Shown here piece after piece: positions 38,735 to 49,177 of a stretch of DNA of 57,812 bases. The DNA is taken from IMG/VR virus record IMGVR_UViG_3300028048_003162; one strand, 5' to 3'. The notes beneath the pieces were generated by a model. The model was given only the letters and a program-made list of their open reading frames with translations. It was not told the DNA's origin and searched no databases. Every line of letters starts with the position of its first letter. Positions within the stretch are counted from its first letter, which is position 1. The translations under genes were made by a program, and so were the position numbers. Source of the stretch: an uncultured virus (IMG/VR IMGVR_UViG_3300028048_003162) (Duplodnaviria > Heunggongvirae > Uroviricota > Caudoviricetes).

Positions 38735-39478
38735 ATGAATATCAGTGAGGTTTGTAGAAGAGGCTATTTTGACAATGTAATTATTGATGGTTATACAATG
38801 CCATTGTATAATAGCATGGGAATTGAATTACATAACAATGAGTCTTTGAATGAGGCATTGGACTTAAAAACACAAGCATATTTACATGGTTTAGCTAAAA
38901 TCAGAGTAAATATTTATGGCAAGGTTGAAAATTATGAATCTGCAGAGGATATAACGCAGATGCAATTATATAGAAGCGAGGAACTTGGTTTAATAAGACA
39001 AGCAATAGGAAAATTTGATAGATACTTGATTGGATATGTGGATATCATTATTGTAAAAGGGAATTGTGTTTTTCCTACTGATGTGGAAAGCAAGGGAATT
39101 TCAGAAGAGACAGCAGTTAAATTGGCAAAGTCAGATGGTCAGTTTAACTTAATCATTCAGGCAATAAAGATGCAAAAAGATAAGGATATCAATATAGCAA
39201 TTATAGACAAGATATTCATAGATAAGCACTTCAGAAGGTGTGGAGTGGCATCTTGGATGCATGATAACATTCAGGAAGTGGTTAAGGTATTTGGTTTAAT
39301 TGACATAAACGATGTGCTGTTAACACCTGGTGATTTTACACAAGCAGCTGAAACAGAGTTCAACATGAGTACAAAACAGTACAATAAAATGTTGGCTAAG
39401 CACTACAAGGGGCTTGGGTACAGATTTATTGCACCTGATATAATGTGTAAGCATATAAGGAAACAATTATTATTTTAG
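38735..39478 (+). CDS. GNAT-like acetyltransferase (C-terminal domain)
   Basis: IDKIFIDKHFRRCGVAS motif A; HYKGLGYRF motif B. Confidence 0.6.
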   Translation: MNISEVCRRGYFDNVIIDGYTMPLYNSMGIELHNNESLNEALDLKTQAYLHGLAKIRVNIYGKVENYESAEDITQMQLYRSEELGLIRQAIGKFDRYLIGYVDIIIVKGNCVFPTDVESKGISEETAVKLAKSDGQFNLIIQAIKMQKDKDINIAIIDKIFIDKHFRRCGVASWMHDNIQEVVKVFGLIDINDVLLTPGDFTQAAETEFNMSTKQYNKMLAKHYKGLGYRFIAPDIMCKHIRKQLLF

Positions 39479-39727
39479 TTACAAGCAAAAATTTGGGTGT
39501 TTTAAGGGGTTTTTATTGTTAAGTGGTAAAGTGTTAGGGTAAGTATATAAAACTTGAATTTGGGGTGAAATTCAAAGCCACAGAGGTATTCTAGGATAGA
39601 AAGAGTTTATGTACTGGAAAATGGAAATTTCAAAAATAATTGAAAAATGTGCATGTATTTGGACATGTAATTATAGAAATTAAGAATTTTTAATTTATAA
39701 CAGAAAAAGAAAGGAAAATTAAACAGC

Positions 39728-40318
39728 ATGAAAAGAATATTTTTAGACACTGAGACATCAGGATTAAGACCTGGTCAGATTGGACAACTTTCAATTATCA
39801 TTGTAACAGACAATGAGAAAGAGGGAGAAGCAGCAAAGATAGAGAGCTATAACTACTATTTTGAAATGGATTACATTGAGCGTGGTGCAGAAGAAGCATG
39901 CGGAAGAGGATTGGACTTCTATAAAGAGGCTTCAGGTGGTAGAAAGTTTAAGGATGATGCAGCAGAGATTTTCAATCTGCTTAAAGATGGAACAGTGATT
40001 GCACATAACATCAAATTTGATAACAATTTCTTAAGTACAGAATTTTGGAGATTAGGTCTGACATATGCACCTCAGGGAGTATTTGATACGATGGCTTATT
40101 TTAAGGATGTGCTTAAAATTCCTGGTAGGAGGACAAAGTACAAGAATCCTAAGCTTTGTGATGTTACAAACTTCTTAGGAATTACAGAAAAAGACATTGA
40201 GGAAGAGACAGCAAGGTTATTTGATAATGGTGCAGCAGAATTTCATGATGCAACATTTGATACAGCAGCATTATATTTGATTTACTTAAAAGAAAGTGAA
40301 AGACGAGCAAATGGCTAA
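39728..40318 (+). CDS. DEDDh 3'-5' exonuclease (DnaQ/epsilon-like)
   Basis: FLDTETSGL, AHNIKFD, FDTM, HDATFD. Confidence 0.9.
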   Translation: MKRIFLDTETSGLRPGQIGQLSIIIVTDNEKEGEAAKIESYNYYFEMDYIERGAEEACGRGLDFYKEASGGRKFKDDAAEIFNLLKDGTVIAHNIKFDNNFLSTEFWRLGLTYAPQGVFDTMAYFKDVLKIPGRRTKYKNPKLCDVTNFLGITEKDIEEETARLFDNGAAEFHDATFDTAALYLIYLKESERRANG

Positions 40319-41030
40319 AAAGAGAACTTATAAGAAAAAGGCAGACAGCACTAAACCAATACCTGTACTTAAGCCTGTTGAAGCAGGTGCACCTGGAAGC
40401 TTCTTGGGGCAAGCAAGTAAATTAGGTGTGCAGAGGGCAGATGAAGAGGTACATAAGATTGAAAAGATGGATACAGAGTTTCCTTATATACCTGCAGTGT
40501 TAATGACTAGGGCGGAAATCAAATTATACAGGTTTCTTTTGAATAATCTTGACTTAATTGATAGAGTTACAATATTTACTAAAGTAAGACTGGCTGATAT
40601 AATTCAGGTCAATGATAAAATTACTAGAGATCCTGTGTATTTTTACAAGATAGCAAGTAAGCATATTGATTTCCTTATTGTAAATAAAGAGACACTTGAT
40701 GTAATATGTGCATTGGAATTAGATGATTATACACATAAATCAGAAGATAGACAAAAAAGGGACTTCTTTGTTGAATCAGCATTGAGAGCAGCAGGGGTGC
40801 CTCTTGAAAGAATAGGTGTCAAGATAGATAACATTAAGAAATGTGATCTGTCATTACTTGAGGAAAGAGTTTATAATGCATTTGCACCTGCTTGTGAAAA
40901 GTGTGGTAAGAAAATGGTGCTACGTGTAAACAATTGGAATGGACGTAAGTTTTATGCTTGCATAGACAATGTAAAGTGTAGACATACATTGAATCTTTGG
41001 GAAGTTTTTGATACTATAGGAAAAGCATAG
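40311..41030 (+). CDS. DUF2726 domain + topoisomerase-type C4 Zn ribbon
   Basis: KVRLADII, KHIDFLI, ELDDYTH, KRD, AAGVPL; CEKCGKKMVLR...FYAC...C. Confidence 0.85.
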   Translation: MAKKRTYKKKADSTKPIPVLKPVEAGAPGSFLGQASKLGVQRADEEVHKIEKMDTEFPYIPAVLMTRAEIKLYRFLLNNLDLIDRVTIFTKVRLADIIQVNDKITRDPVYFYKIASKHIDFLIVNKETLDVICALELDDYTHKSEDRQKRDFFVESALRAAGVPLERIGVKIDNIKKCDLSLLEERVYNAFAPACEKCGKKMVLRVNNWNGRKFYACIDNVKCRHTLNLWEVFDTIGKA

Positions 41031-41049
41031 GAAATGAGGGATAGGGCAA

Positions 41050-42339
41050 ATGGCTAGATTAAAAAGCAAGAAAATGAGAAATTCAAACTTTGGGGATACA
41101 GTGACAACATTCTTTTTATGGTTTATACCTATTGTTATAATTGTGTCCTTCATATGGGCACAAAATAATTACATAACAGTTTCAATGAATACATTTGAAT
41201 CAGAGAGTATGCCTAAGAAATTTGTAGGGTACTCAATTGTTCAGGTATCAGACTTAGATAACTCAAGTAAGGTAGGTAAAATTGTAAGTAAGACAAAAGA
41301 GTTAAAGCCTGACATCATTGTATTAACAGGTGGTTACTATGATAAAAATGGTAATTGCAATAATTCAGTTAAAGCAGTCACTAAATTAGCAAAGATTGCA
41401 CCTACTTATTATGTTACATCACCTGATGATAAAGAGGACTGTTTAGCAAGTACAGGTGCAATAAATGTATCAAACACATTAGCAAGAATAGAGCCTGAGC
41501 AATTAACAGCAGAGCAGTTTATAAAGAAAAACTACGGCGATGACATTATTAACAAGGCAAAGGCAGGAGATAAGAAGTCCTCTGAATATGTGAAATACAT
41601 TGAGACAGAATTAAGTAAGTCATCAGATGGACAAATGGCACTTAGTTTAATTGGTTTGACTTCAGATTCAACAAGTGAAAAAGTGAATGTGGATGATGCA
41701 CAGCTTAGTACAGAAGAGGCTATGCAGAGACAGATAGACACAACACTTGAGGAATATAAGGAGACACATCCTGATGCAACAGAAAACACTGATTCAGACT
41801 TAAATGCATTACTTGGAACAGATACAGCAAGTTCAGATTCAAGCGAGACAGAGTCAAATGAAAGTGTAGACAGTACACAGAGTAGTGAAGATGAAGGAAC
41901 AGTCATTGATACTGATGAAAACGAGCTTAAGAAGGCAACAGATGCACTTACAAAGTATGATGACTCACATTACAGAATTGCATTACTTGGTGATATCAGC
42001 AAGGCAGACTTGCTTAATGGAGCAAAGTTAAACCTTATTTTTGCAGGTGGTACACATGGTACATCTGATGTAAGTCAGTATAGTAAGGGAATGTATACAG
42101 TTGGTAATATATCATTATTAGTAAGTGGTGGCATTGGTAAACCTGATTCAGGCAGTAGATTTCTGAATTTACCTGAAATAAATTACATTAGATTGTCAGA
42201 TGGTACAATCAAACAAAAAAATACACTAGAGAAGTTTATTGATAAGTTTTATAAGGGCGACGTCAAAACTATTTTTGACAATGATGGTGGTTTTTCTAAG
42301 CATACTTACAGAGTAAATAGCAGTGGAGAAATGAAGTAA
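41050..42339 (+). CDS. Membrane-anchored YkuE-like metallophosphoesterase with degenerate metal motifs
   Basis: VQVSDLD, PDIIVLTGGYYD, YYVTSPDD, FAGGTHG, VSGGIG...RFLNLPEI. Confidence 0.7.
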   Translation: MARLKSKKMRNSNFGDTVTTFFLWFIPIVIIVSFIWAQNNYITVSMNTFESESMPKKFVGYSIVQVSDLDNSSKVGKIVSKTKELKPDIIVLTGGYYDKNGNCNNSVKAVTKLAKIAPTYYVTSPDDKEDCLASTGAINVSNTLARIEPEQLTAEQFIKKNYGDDIINKAKAGDKKSSEYVKYIETELSKSSDGQMALSLIGLTSDSTSEKVNVDDAQLSTEEAMQRQIDTTLEEYKETHPDATENTDSDLNALLGTDTASSDSSETESNESVDSTQSSEDEGTVIDTDENELKKATDALTKYDDSHYRIALLGDISKADLLNGAKLNLIFAGGTHGTSDVSQYSKGMYTVGNISLLVSGGIGKPDSGSRFLNLPEINYIRLSDGTIKQKNTLEKFIDKFYKGDVKTIFDNDGGFSKHTYRVNSSGEMK

Positions 42340-42438
42340 GGTTTGGCAATAGCATTTGGTGGTAAGAGTTATTACCTGTTTAATGTCATTGGTTTTAAGA
42401 GAAAGAAAAATTAAAAATAATAATTAGAGAGGTAATAA

Positions 42439-43398
42439 TTGGAAATGAGCAAGTATAGTCCAGAATTTTTGACAAGTATGCATAGGGAGCCTATGACACT
42501 TAATTTTATAAAGCAGGCAATTAAAGATAGATCTATGCTGGAGGGTTTAGTAATTGCATGCAGCGAATCACATGAATTGACTATTGATATTGGACGTGGG
42601 ATTGTAGGAAAGGTTGCATTTGAGGAGGTTGAGTACCATTATGATGGTTCACCTATCAAAGAAGTTTCTGCAAGGTCACGTGTAGGAAAATACATTAAGT
42701 TTATTGCCTTGGGTATTGAGAAAGTGGGAGATAGCTATGTTGTAGAGTGTTCAAGACGTGAGGCACAAAAGGAGTGTCATGAGAATTTTATTTCTAAGCT
42801 TGAGCCTGGAGATATAGTACCTGCTAGATTATTGAGGATTGAAGATTATGGAATCTTCTGTGACATTGGTTGCGGTATTGTGGCCTTATTACCTACAAAT
42901 AATATTAGTGTCACACATATTGTAAATCCTAAGGTAATATTAAGGGATGTGAAGAGACTTTCAGTAGTAATTCAGAGTATTGATGAAAATTACAAGATAC
43001 AGTTAACACACAAGGAATTGCTTGGAACTTGGGAAGAGAACATTGCAAAGTTCCATGAGGATGAAATTGTGCATGGTGCAGTGATCTCTGTTGAAGATTA
43101 TGGTGTCTTTGTTAGATTAAGTCAAAACCTGTCTGGTTTATCAGAGTTACCTGATGATATTCAGGTAGAGCCTGGTAATATGGTGGCAGTAAAGATTAAT
43201 CACATTTCACCTAAGAATATGAAGGTTAAGCTTCTGATTATGGATAGGACCATGGAAGATGAACCTGAATCATTAAAATTTGAATACAAGAAAACAAGTG
43301 GACATATAGATGAATGGCATTACTCCACACCAACAGCAAAGAAACAGATTGATTCTGTGTTTAGACCTGTTGATAATGGAGGAAAGCAGGAAGGTTAG
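42439..43398 (+). CDS. Multi-S1-domain RNA-binding protein (ribosomal S1-like)
   Basis: IEDYGIFCDIGCGIVALLP; VEDYGVFVRLSQNLSGL; a third degenerate S1 domain at the N-terminus. Confidence 0.85.
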   Translation: MEMSKYSPEFLTSMHREPMTLNFIKQAIKDRSMLEGLVIACSESHELTIDIGRGIVGKVAFEEVEYHYDGSPIKEVSARSRVGKYIKFIALGIEKVGDSYVVECSRREAQKECHENFISKLEPGDIVPARLLRIEDYGIFCDIGCGIVALLPTNNISVTHIVNPKVILRDVKRLSVVIQSIDENYKIQLTHKELLGTWEENIAKFHEDEIVHGAVISVEDYGVFVRLSQNLSGLSELPDDIQVEPGNMVAVKINHISPKNMKVKLLIMDRTMEDEPESLKFEYKKTSGHIDEWHYSTPTAKKQIDSVFRPVDNGGKQEG

Positions 43399-43407
43399 AG
43401 GTTAGAC

Positions 43408-44214
43408 ATGATATTTGTTACAGGTGATACTCATGGTTACTTCAAAAGCAGGTTTAACACTAAGAATTTTCCAGAGCAATACAGTATGACAAAGAATGAT
43501 TACGTTATAATCGTTGGGGATTTTGGTGGTATTTGGGATGAGCGTGGAGAAACTAAAGAGGAAAAGCACTGGCTAGATTGGTTTGACACTAGACGATATA
43601 CTTTGTTGTTCATAGATGGTAACCATGAGAATTTTGACAGGCTTTATGATTATCCTGTAATACCTTGGCATGGCGGTTATGTACATCAAATTAGGAATAG
43701 TGTTTACCATTTAATGAGAGGTCAGATTTACAATTTGTGTGGTAAGACAATATTTACTTTTGGTGGCGCAAGGTCAAGTGATGCTGAGGGCGGAATATTT
43801 GAGTCTAAGAAAGATCCTAGATTACTTGCTAATAAAAAGTGGTTGCATAGGAATAATGTGAACTACAGAATAAATCATGTGTCTTGGTGGGCACAAGAGA
43901 TGCCTACAGAGAATGAGATGCAGTTGGGCATGAAAAATTTAGCAGATCATGGTTTATATGCAGACTTGGTATTAACTCATTGCTGTGCAAATAGTACACA
44001 GACACTAGTTGAGGAAGAGTTAAACAATAAAATTATGTTGTTACATAAGAATAAAGAGCTAAAGCAATTCAAATATAATGAATTGACAAGTTATTTTGAA
44101 TTTATTAAGCAGCATATAAGATATGGCAAGTGGATTTTTGGTCACTACCATGATAATATGAATGTTACACCTAATGAAATTCTAATATATGAGCAGATAA
44201 TTAGAGTTGCATAA
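43408..44214 (+). CDS. Calcineurin-like metallophosphoesterase
   Basis: GDTHG, GDFG, DGNHENF, THC, FGHYH. Confidence 0.9.
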   Translation: MIFVTGDTHGYFKSRFNTKNFPEQYSMTKNDYVIIVGDFGGIWDERGETKEEKHWLDWFDTRRYTLLFIDGNHENFDRLYDYPVIPWHGGYVHQIRNSVYHLMRGQIYNLCGKTIFTFGGARSSDAEGGIFESKKDPRLLANKKWLHRNNVNYRINHVSWWAQEMPTENEMQLGMKNLADHGLYADLVLTHCCANSTQTLVEEELNNKIMLLHKNKELKQFKYNELTSYFEFIKQHIRYGKWIFGHYHDNMNVTPNEILIYEQIIRVA

Positions 44215-44243
44215 GGAGTAATGAGGAAGGACAAGTTAAGTTT

Positions 44244-45029
44244 ATGAGTAACACAGAGGTTGGTTTGGGTAATGACAATGGAATTGAACAGCTTCAGCAT
44301 ATGATTGATGAAGCTAATCATATTGTATTCTTTGGTGGTGCAGGAACTTCAACAGATAGCGGCTTACCAGATTTTAGAGGGGCAAATGGTTTATACAAAG
44401 GAGCAAATTCACCTGAAGAGATACTTAGTCATGGATACTATGTTAAGCATACAAAAGACTTCTTTGACTTTTACAGAGAGAATATGATCTTTGATGGAAA
44501 AGCAAAACCTACAGAAATTCATGAGAAGCTTGTTGTTCTTGAGAAAAAGCATAAGTTAGATGCAATAATCACTCAGAATATAGATAGTTTACATCAGATG
44601 GCAGGTAGTAAGAATGTGATTGAACTTCATGGGACATCAGCAACTAACACATGTCGTAGATGTAAAGCTAAATATACAGCTAAATGGATGTTGGGTACAA
44701 AGAATATACCTAGATGCACACAGCTAGTTGATGGACCTGGAGGACAAAAGGTTGCATGTGGTGGAATCGTTAAGCCTGATATAGTATTGTATGGGGAAAA
44801 ACTTCCTGTCAGGGCTTTGAATAAGGCATACATGGCAGTTAAGGGTGCAGATCTTATGATTGTAGCTGGTACATCATTGGTGGTTTATCCTGCAGCAGGG
44901 TTAGTAAGCGAGCTTAGTGAAGACTGTAAGCTGATCGTTATAAATAATGACAAGACAGGGGTGGATGAGGCTGCTGATCTGGTAATTCATGGAAATATAC
45001 TCAATGTGTTTAAGCAGTTAGAGGTTTAA
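44244..45029 (+). CDS. cobB: Sir2/CobB NAD-dependent deacylase
   Basis: GAGTSTDSGLPDFRG, TQNIDSLHQMAG, ELHG, KPDIVLYGE, GTSLVVYPAA. Confidence 0.93.
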   Translation: MSNTEVGLGNDNGIEQLQHMIDEANHIVFFGGAGTSTDSGLPDFRGANGLYKGANSPEEILSHGYYVKHTKDFFDFYRENMIFDGKAKPTEIHEKLVVLEKKHKLDAIITQNIDSLHQMAGSKNVIELHGTSATNTCRRCKAKYTAKWMLGTKNIPRCTQLVDGPGGQKVACGGIVKPDIVLYGEKLPVRALNKAYMAVKGADLMIVAGTSLVVYPAAGLVSELSEDCKLIVINNDKTGVDEAADLVIHGNILNVFKQLEV

Positions 45030-45050
45030 TAACATGATAAACTTGGTAAG

Positions 45051-45081
45051 AAATGGGGCATGGTTGACATGTCCTATTTTT
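45051..45081 (+). terminator. Intrinsic terminator
   Basis: AAATGGGGCATG/CATGTCCTATTT + T. Confidence 0.6.
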
Positions 45082-45132
45082 GTGCATTATTATATAGTGT
45101 GGTAAATAATAATTTTAGTTAGGAGTAGAAAA

Positions 45133-46401
45133 ATGAGGAAAAAAGTAAAGTACATTGTAGGTGGAGTAGTTGCATTGGTAATTTTATGTGGATCAATTCC
45201 ATTAGTAAATGTCACACATAAATATAATGCAGGAATTGTAAACGCAGCAGTTAATGGGAACAATGAGACAGTTGGAAAGAGCATTGATGAAGTAAGTGGC
45301 ATTATTTCAGCAAGTGAATTGCATAGACTTGGAGACCTTGACATTTCAGGTGCAGTTAGTTTGGATGTTGATACATCACCTATTGAAAGCTTAAGCCTCA
45401 TTGAATACATGACTACAGATAATGTAGAGTGTACATATAAAACAAATGTTAACTACAATAAGTTAAAAGAAATCATAAAAGATTATAATAAGTCACAGAA
45501 GAAGAGTACAAATGCAACATATAAAAGAACAGAGGATGGACATTTTGAAGTAGTTGCAGAAAAGAAAGGAACAGTGATTGACAGTAAAAAGTTGATCTCA
45601 CATATCAAAGAAAATGGTTTAGACAATATTGAATTAAGTGATTACATTAAGGAACCAAAGGTCACTACATCTGATATGAAAAAGATTGTGAAAAAGGCAA
45701 ATAAGGTGCTTGATTGGAAAGCAACATATACAGATGGAAACACCTATACAGTACCAAGTGATAGTGTCACAATTACAACAGGTGGGGCAGTTGAGATTGA
45801 TTACAGCTTCGTAGATGATATTGTAAAGTCATTAGAAAAGACATATGATAATGTAGGAGCAGCTAGAAAGTTTAAAACACACAGTGGAAAGAAAGTGAAA
45901 GTAACAGGTGGTACATGGGGAACAATCATGGATTCTGCTAAAGAGAAAGATATGCTTATGTTGAGCGTTCATACAAATGATGACCTTAATAATAGGACAC
46001 CTTATATGAAGCAGGATTACACTGATATTGGAGATACATACATTGAGGTAAGTATAAGTAATCAGCATGTATGGGTTTATAAAGATGGTAAACAGATTAT
46101 GGACAGTGCATGTGTGACAGGTAATTCAAATAAAGGACATGACACACCTAAGGGTACATATTTCATTTCTGAAAGAGTGAATGGTAAGTACTTAACAGGA
46201 GATAACTATAAGACATGGGTAAATAAGTGGATGCGTCTGACAAATACAGGTGTGGGCTTACATGATGCTTATTGGAGATACTCGTTTGGAGGACAGATAT
46301 ACAAGAGCAATGGTTCACATGGATGTATCAATCTTCCTAAAGACTTTGCATATAAGTTATATGATAAGACATATGTGGGTATGCCTGTAATTGTATATTA
46401 G
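45133..46401 (+). CDS. L,D-transpeptidase (YkuD) with peptidoglycan-binding domains
   Basis: N-terminal TM; CVTG, TPKG, GLHDA, GSHGCINLP. Confidence 0.92.
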   Translation: MRKKVKYIVGGVVALVILCGSIPLVNVTHKYNAGIVNAAVNGNNETVGKSIDEVSGIISASELHRLGDLDISGAVSLDVDTSPIESLSLIEYMTTDNVECTYKTNVNYNKLKEIIKDYNKSQKKSTNATYKRTEDGHFEVVAEKKGTVIDSKKLISHIKENGLDNIELSDYIKEPKVTTSDMKKIVKKANKVLDWKATYTDGNTYTVPSDSVTITTGGAVEIDYSFVDDIVKSLEKTYDNVGAARKFKTHSGKKVKVTGGTWGTIMDSAKEKDMLMLSVHTNDDLNNRTPYMKQDYTDIGDTYIEVSISNQHVWVYKDGKQIMDSACVTGNSNKGHDTPKGTYFISERVNGKYLTGDNYKTWVNKWMRLTNTGVGLHDAYWRYSFGGQIYKSNGSHGCINLPKDFAYKLYDKTYVGMPVIVY

Positions 46402-46403
46402 TA

Positions 46404-46432
46404 TTGACTTCTACATTTGTTTGTGGTATAAT
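46404..46432 (+). promoter_or_regulatory. Sigma-A type promoter
   Basis: TTGACT-N17-TATAAT with TG. Confidence 0.7.
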
Positions 46433-46481
46433 TTATATAGGGAGTGGAGAAAATATAATCAATAGATAAAAACAGGGAGGC

Positions 46482-46823
46482 ATGTTTGGAATGAAATTAG
46501 CAAAGGTAAAGGGAACATGTATAAAGCTAGTAAGGACTGTAAACTATGGTGATAGCGTTACAGACAGATATGTATGTGAGTACACATATGAATATAATGG
46601 TAAATCCTTTTATTCTCATTATTGTCAACATACTAATGATAAAAGGACATTCATAGATGATGTAGCTCCTAAGGTTGGCAAAGAGTATACATTGTATATA
46701 GATGAGAGTGACCCTGAACATGTGGTGTTCAGGCCATTTGCATATGTGCAGTGGTTGGGTAGTTTAGCAGTAGGAGTAATTGCTGCAGTGGTTATAGGCA
46801 TAGCAATAGCAGCAATTAGCTAG
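46482..46823 (+). CDS. DUF3592-like membrane protein
   Basis: YTYEYNGKSF, VGKEYTLYIDESDP, C-terminal TM helix. Confidence 0.65.
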   Translation: MFGMKLAKVKGTCIKLVRTVNYGDSVTDRYVCEYTYEYNGKSFYSHYCQHTNDKRTFIDDVAPKVGKEYTLYIDESDPEHVVFRPFAYVQWLGSLAVGVIAAVVIGIAIAAIS

Positions 46824-46862
46824 AAATAAATAGTTGCAATTTGTAATATAGGAGGTAATGTC

Positions 46863-47543
46863 ATGGCAAAGAATTATATGATCATTGGAATTAGTTACGA
46901 TTGGATAAGAAAGGTATATACCTGGCGTACAGACTATATGACAAGAAAAATGTTTATACATAGGATTGCAATTAACTCAACTTATGCTAAAGATGATTCA
47001 ATACTCGCTAAAAGATTGTCAGGCTTTAGTACTGTAGAGTTAGACATGATTCTGAACAAGGCTATTGAGTATGACTACCATAAATCAGGTTATATACTCG
47101 TGACTAAAATAAAAGATATCATTAGCGAAGTTGACATTAACAGTATGGTGACAGAGATAGAGTCTGAAAGACTTAGGATTTTAGAGCATAAGGCAAGAGT
47201 AAAAGCTAAAATTGCAGCAGAACAAAGATCACAGCAAAGTGAGTTTAGGAGAGGACCTGTGGCATACACAAGTCATACAAAGTATAGTAAATACTTTAGA
47301 AACCCTAGACTTGGCAGAGTAAAGAGGCAGGGTTCAATTGTGGAATACAAGGAGTTTATGACACCTGACATGAGTTATAAAAACTTACCTTGCTTTGATG
47401 ATAGAAAGAGACATTACGATAAAAGTTGGAAATCATCTTATAAAGTAAAGAAGCAATGGATGAAACATCAGGACAGACATATAGATACTTATGACAGTTC
47501 AGTAAAAAGAGTTGATTTATTTAAGGATTTGGAGGCAAGTTGA
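46863..47543 (+). CDS. Basic hypothetical protein
   Basis: AGGAGG RBS; C-terminal DKSWKSSYKVKKQW. Confidence 0.7.
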   Translation: MAKNYMIIGISYDWIRKVYTWRTDYMTRKMFIHRIAINSTYAKDDSILAKRLSGFSTVELDMILNKAIEYDYHKSGYILVTKIKDIISEVDINSMVTEIESERLRILEHKARVKAKIAAEQRSQQSEFRRGPVAYTSHTKYSKYFRNPRLGRVKRQGSIVEYKEFMTPDMSYKNLPCFDDRKRHYDKSWKSSYKVKKQWMKHQDRHIDTYDSSVKRVDLFKDLEAS

Positions 47544-47545
47544 TT

Positions 47546-48079
47546 ATGTTAAAGATCATACTTGGTAGTGATTATGCAGAGGAAAAATTAGGAATACACG
47601 TAATGTATGGCATTGAGAGTGTATTTAAGGCATCTAAAAAGAAAGAATGGTTCAGAGATGACTTCGTTAAGAAAATAATTTCAGACATTGATAATGCAGA
47701 TGTCATACTTGACTTTTCCATATACAGTAGAATGTATGAGACTGGGTACAGTGTAGATAGTTTATCTGCAGGTGCAATGTCACTTATTATGGCATATGAG
47801 AAACCTGAACTTAACATAGTACTTAGAATGGGAGACAATTGTACTGACTTATTAGAGCAAATAGTAAGTAAGTATGACAAGCAGGGAAAAGACATTACAA
47901 TTATATGTAATTACATGCATATGTTTAACTTCAAATACATTGATAAAATAGAGTATGTAAATTGGGGAATCACCTGTAAATCTAGAGCAGACATTGTTAA
48001 TAAGGTGATGGACAAATGGTATAAGCAGGAGAATCCAGATTGGGATCAAAAGAAAAGAGAGGATAGCAGTAATGATTGA
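47546..48079 (+). CDS. DUF4869-like protein
   Basis: EWFRDDFVKKIISDID, SLSAGAMSLI, MGDNC. Confidence 0.7.
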   Translation: MLKIILGSDYAEEKLGIHVMYGIESVFKASKKKEWFRDDFVKKIISDIDNADVILDFSIYSRMYETGYSVDSLSAGAMSLIMAYEKPELNIVLRMGDNCTDLLEQIVSKYDKQGKDITIICNYMHMFNFKYIDKIEYVNWGITCKSRADIVNKVMDKWYKQENPDWDQKKREDSSND

Positions 48080-49154
48080 GTTAGAGTTAAATAAGATAAT
48101 TGGAGACATTACAGCATCTTTTAAGACAGAGTTAAAATATAGAATAAACATTGTTACAGGTGAGTCAGCATCTGGTAAATCTTTTCTTGTGCAGGGATTC
48201 AGAGAAGCAATAAACCTTACTGGAACTTGGGAGTACAGCTGTAATAAAGAGGTTGTACTTATACAGGATGTAAGTGCACTTCAGGTAATGTTGCAGAGCA
48301 AAAAGGATTGTTTGTTTATCATTGATGAGGATACACTTGACACAGTGAGATCAAATAGAGTATCAGTATCAATGAGGGATATCATTAAATCACATAATTA
48401 CTTCTTATTGTTTGATAGACAGTCATCAATTAAAATAGAGTGTGACGTAAAGGCAGTTTATGCATTGACTAGCAATAAGGAGAATGAGCATGTAACATAC
48501 AGCTTGGATCCTTATTTTAAGTTAGGGGACACAGGAGATATTGATGTTAGCAAGTATAAATATTTGATAACAGAGGATTCAATGTCAGGAAAGACATTCT
48601 TTAAGAAGTTGTTGCATAAACTTGAGGTTGTAGACTTAAATGGAGATGGTAGTGGAGCATTAGCAAAGACAATTACACCTGAATTATTAAAGGATGGTGT
48701 AGTGATTGCATTAGATTATGATTGTGGAGCAGTTGCTTTACAGAGTATACTTCATAAATGTAAGGAAAATGGTTGGTCAGGTACAGCAGGGTTAATACCT
48801 ATGGAATGCTTTGAAGAAATTGTTTGTAACTCAGATTTCATATTGGATGCATTTCCTGAAATGAGAGATAAGGTAATAAATTATGAGAAGTACTTATCAG
48901 CTGATGATAAACATACAGGTAAATATTTTGCAAGGCTTCTAAAAGAATATGTAAAGCAGAGACCTCCTGTAGAGACACATAGTGATAGGAATGTGGAGAA
49001 ATTTTATTCTAAAGGAGCAGGTCATATTGAGAATTGTTTAACAGAAGATTGTTGTAAATACAATAAAGAAGATGAGTGTAGACTCTATGTAAATGGAGAT
49101 AAGCAGGATAAGATGTTAAGTAATAAATTTGATTGGTTAAATGCCTTCAGATAA
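48072..49154 (+). CDS. P-loop NTPase-like N-terminus + TOPRIM-like domain
   Basis: GESASGKS, LFIIDED; LITEDSMSG, DGSG, IALDYD, ECFE. Confidence 0.6.
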   Translation: MIELELNKIIGDITASFKTELKYRINIVTGESASGKSFLVQGFREAINLTGTWEYSCNKEVVLIQDVSALQVMLQSKKDCLFIIDEDTLDTVRSNRVSVSMRDIIKSHNYFLLFDRQSSIKIECDVKAVYALTSNKENEHVTYSLDPYFKLGDTGDIDVSKYKYLITEDSMSGKTFFKKLLHKLEVVDLNGDGSGALAKTITPELLKDGVVIALDYDCGAVALQSILHKCKENGWSGTAGLIPMECFEEIVCNSDFILDAFPEMRDKVINYEKYLSADDKHTGKYFARLLKEYVKQRPPVETHSDRNVEKFYSKGAGHIENCLTEDCCKYNKEDECRLYVNGDKQDKMLSNKFDWLNAFR

Positions 49155-49177
49155 ATAAAAGGAAAGAGAGAAAAATA

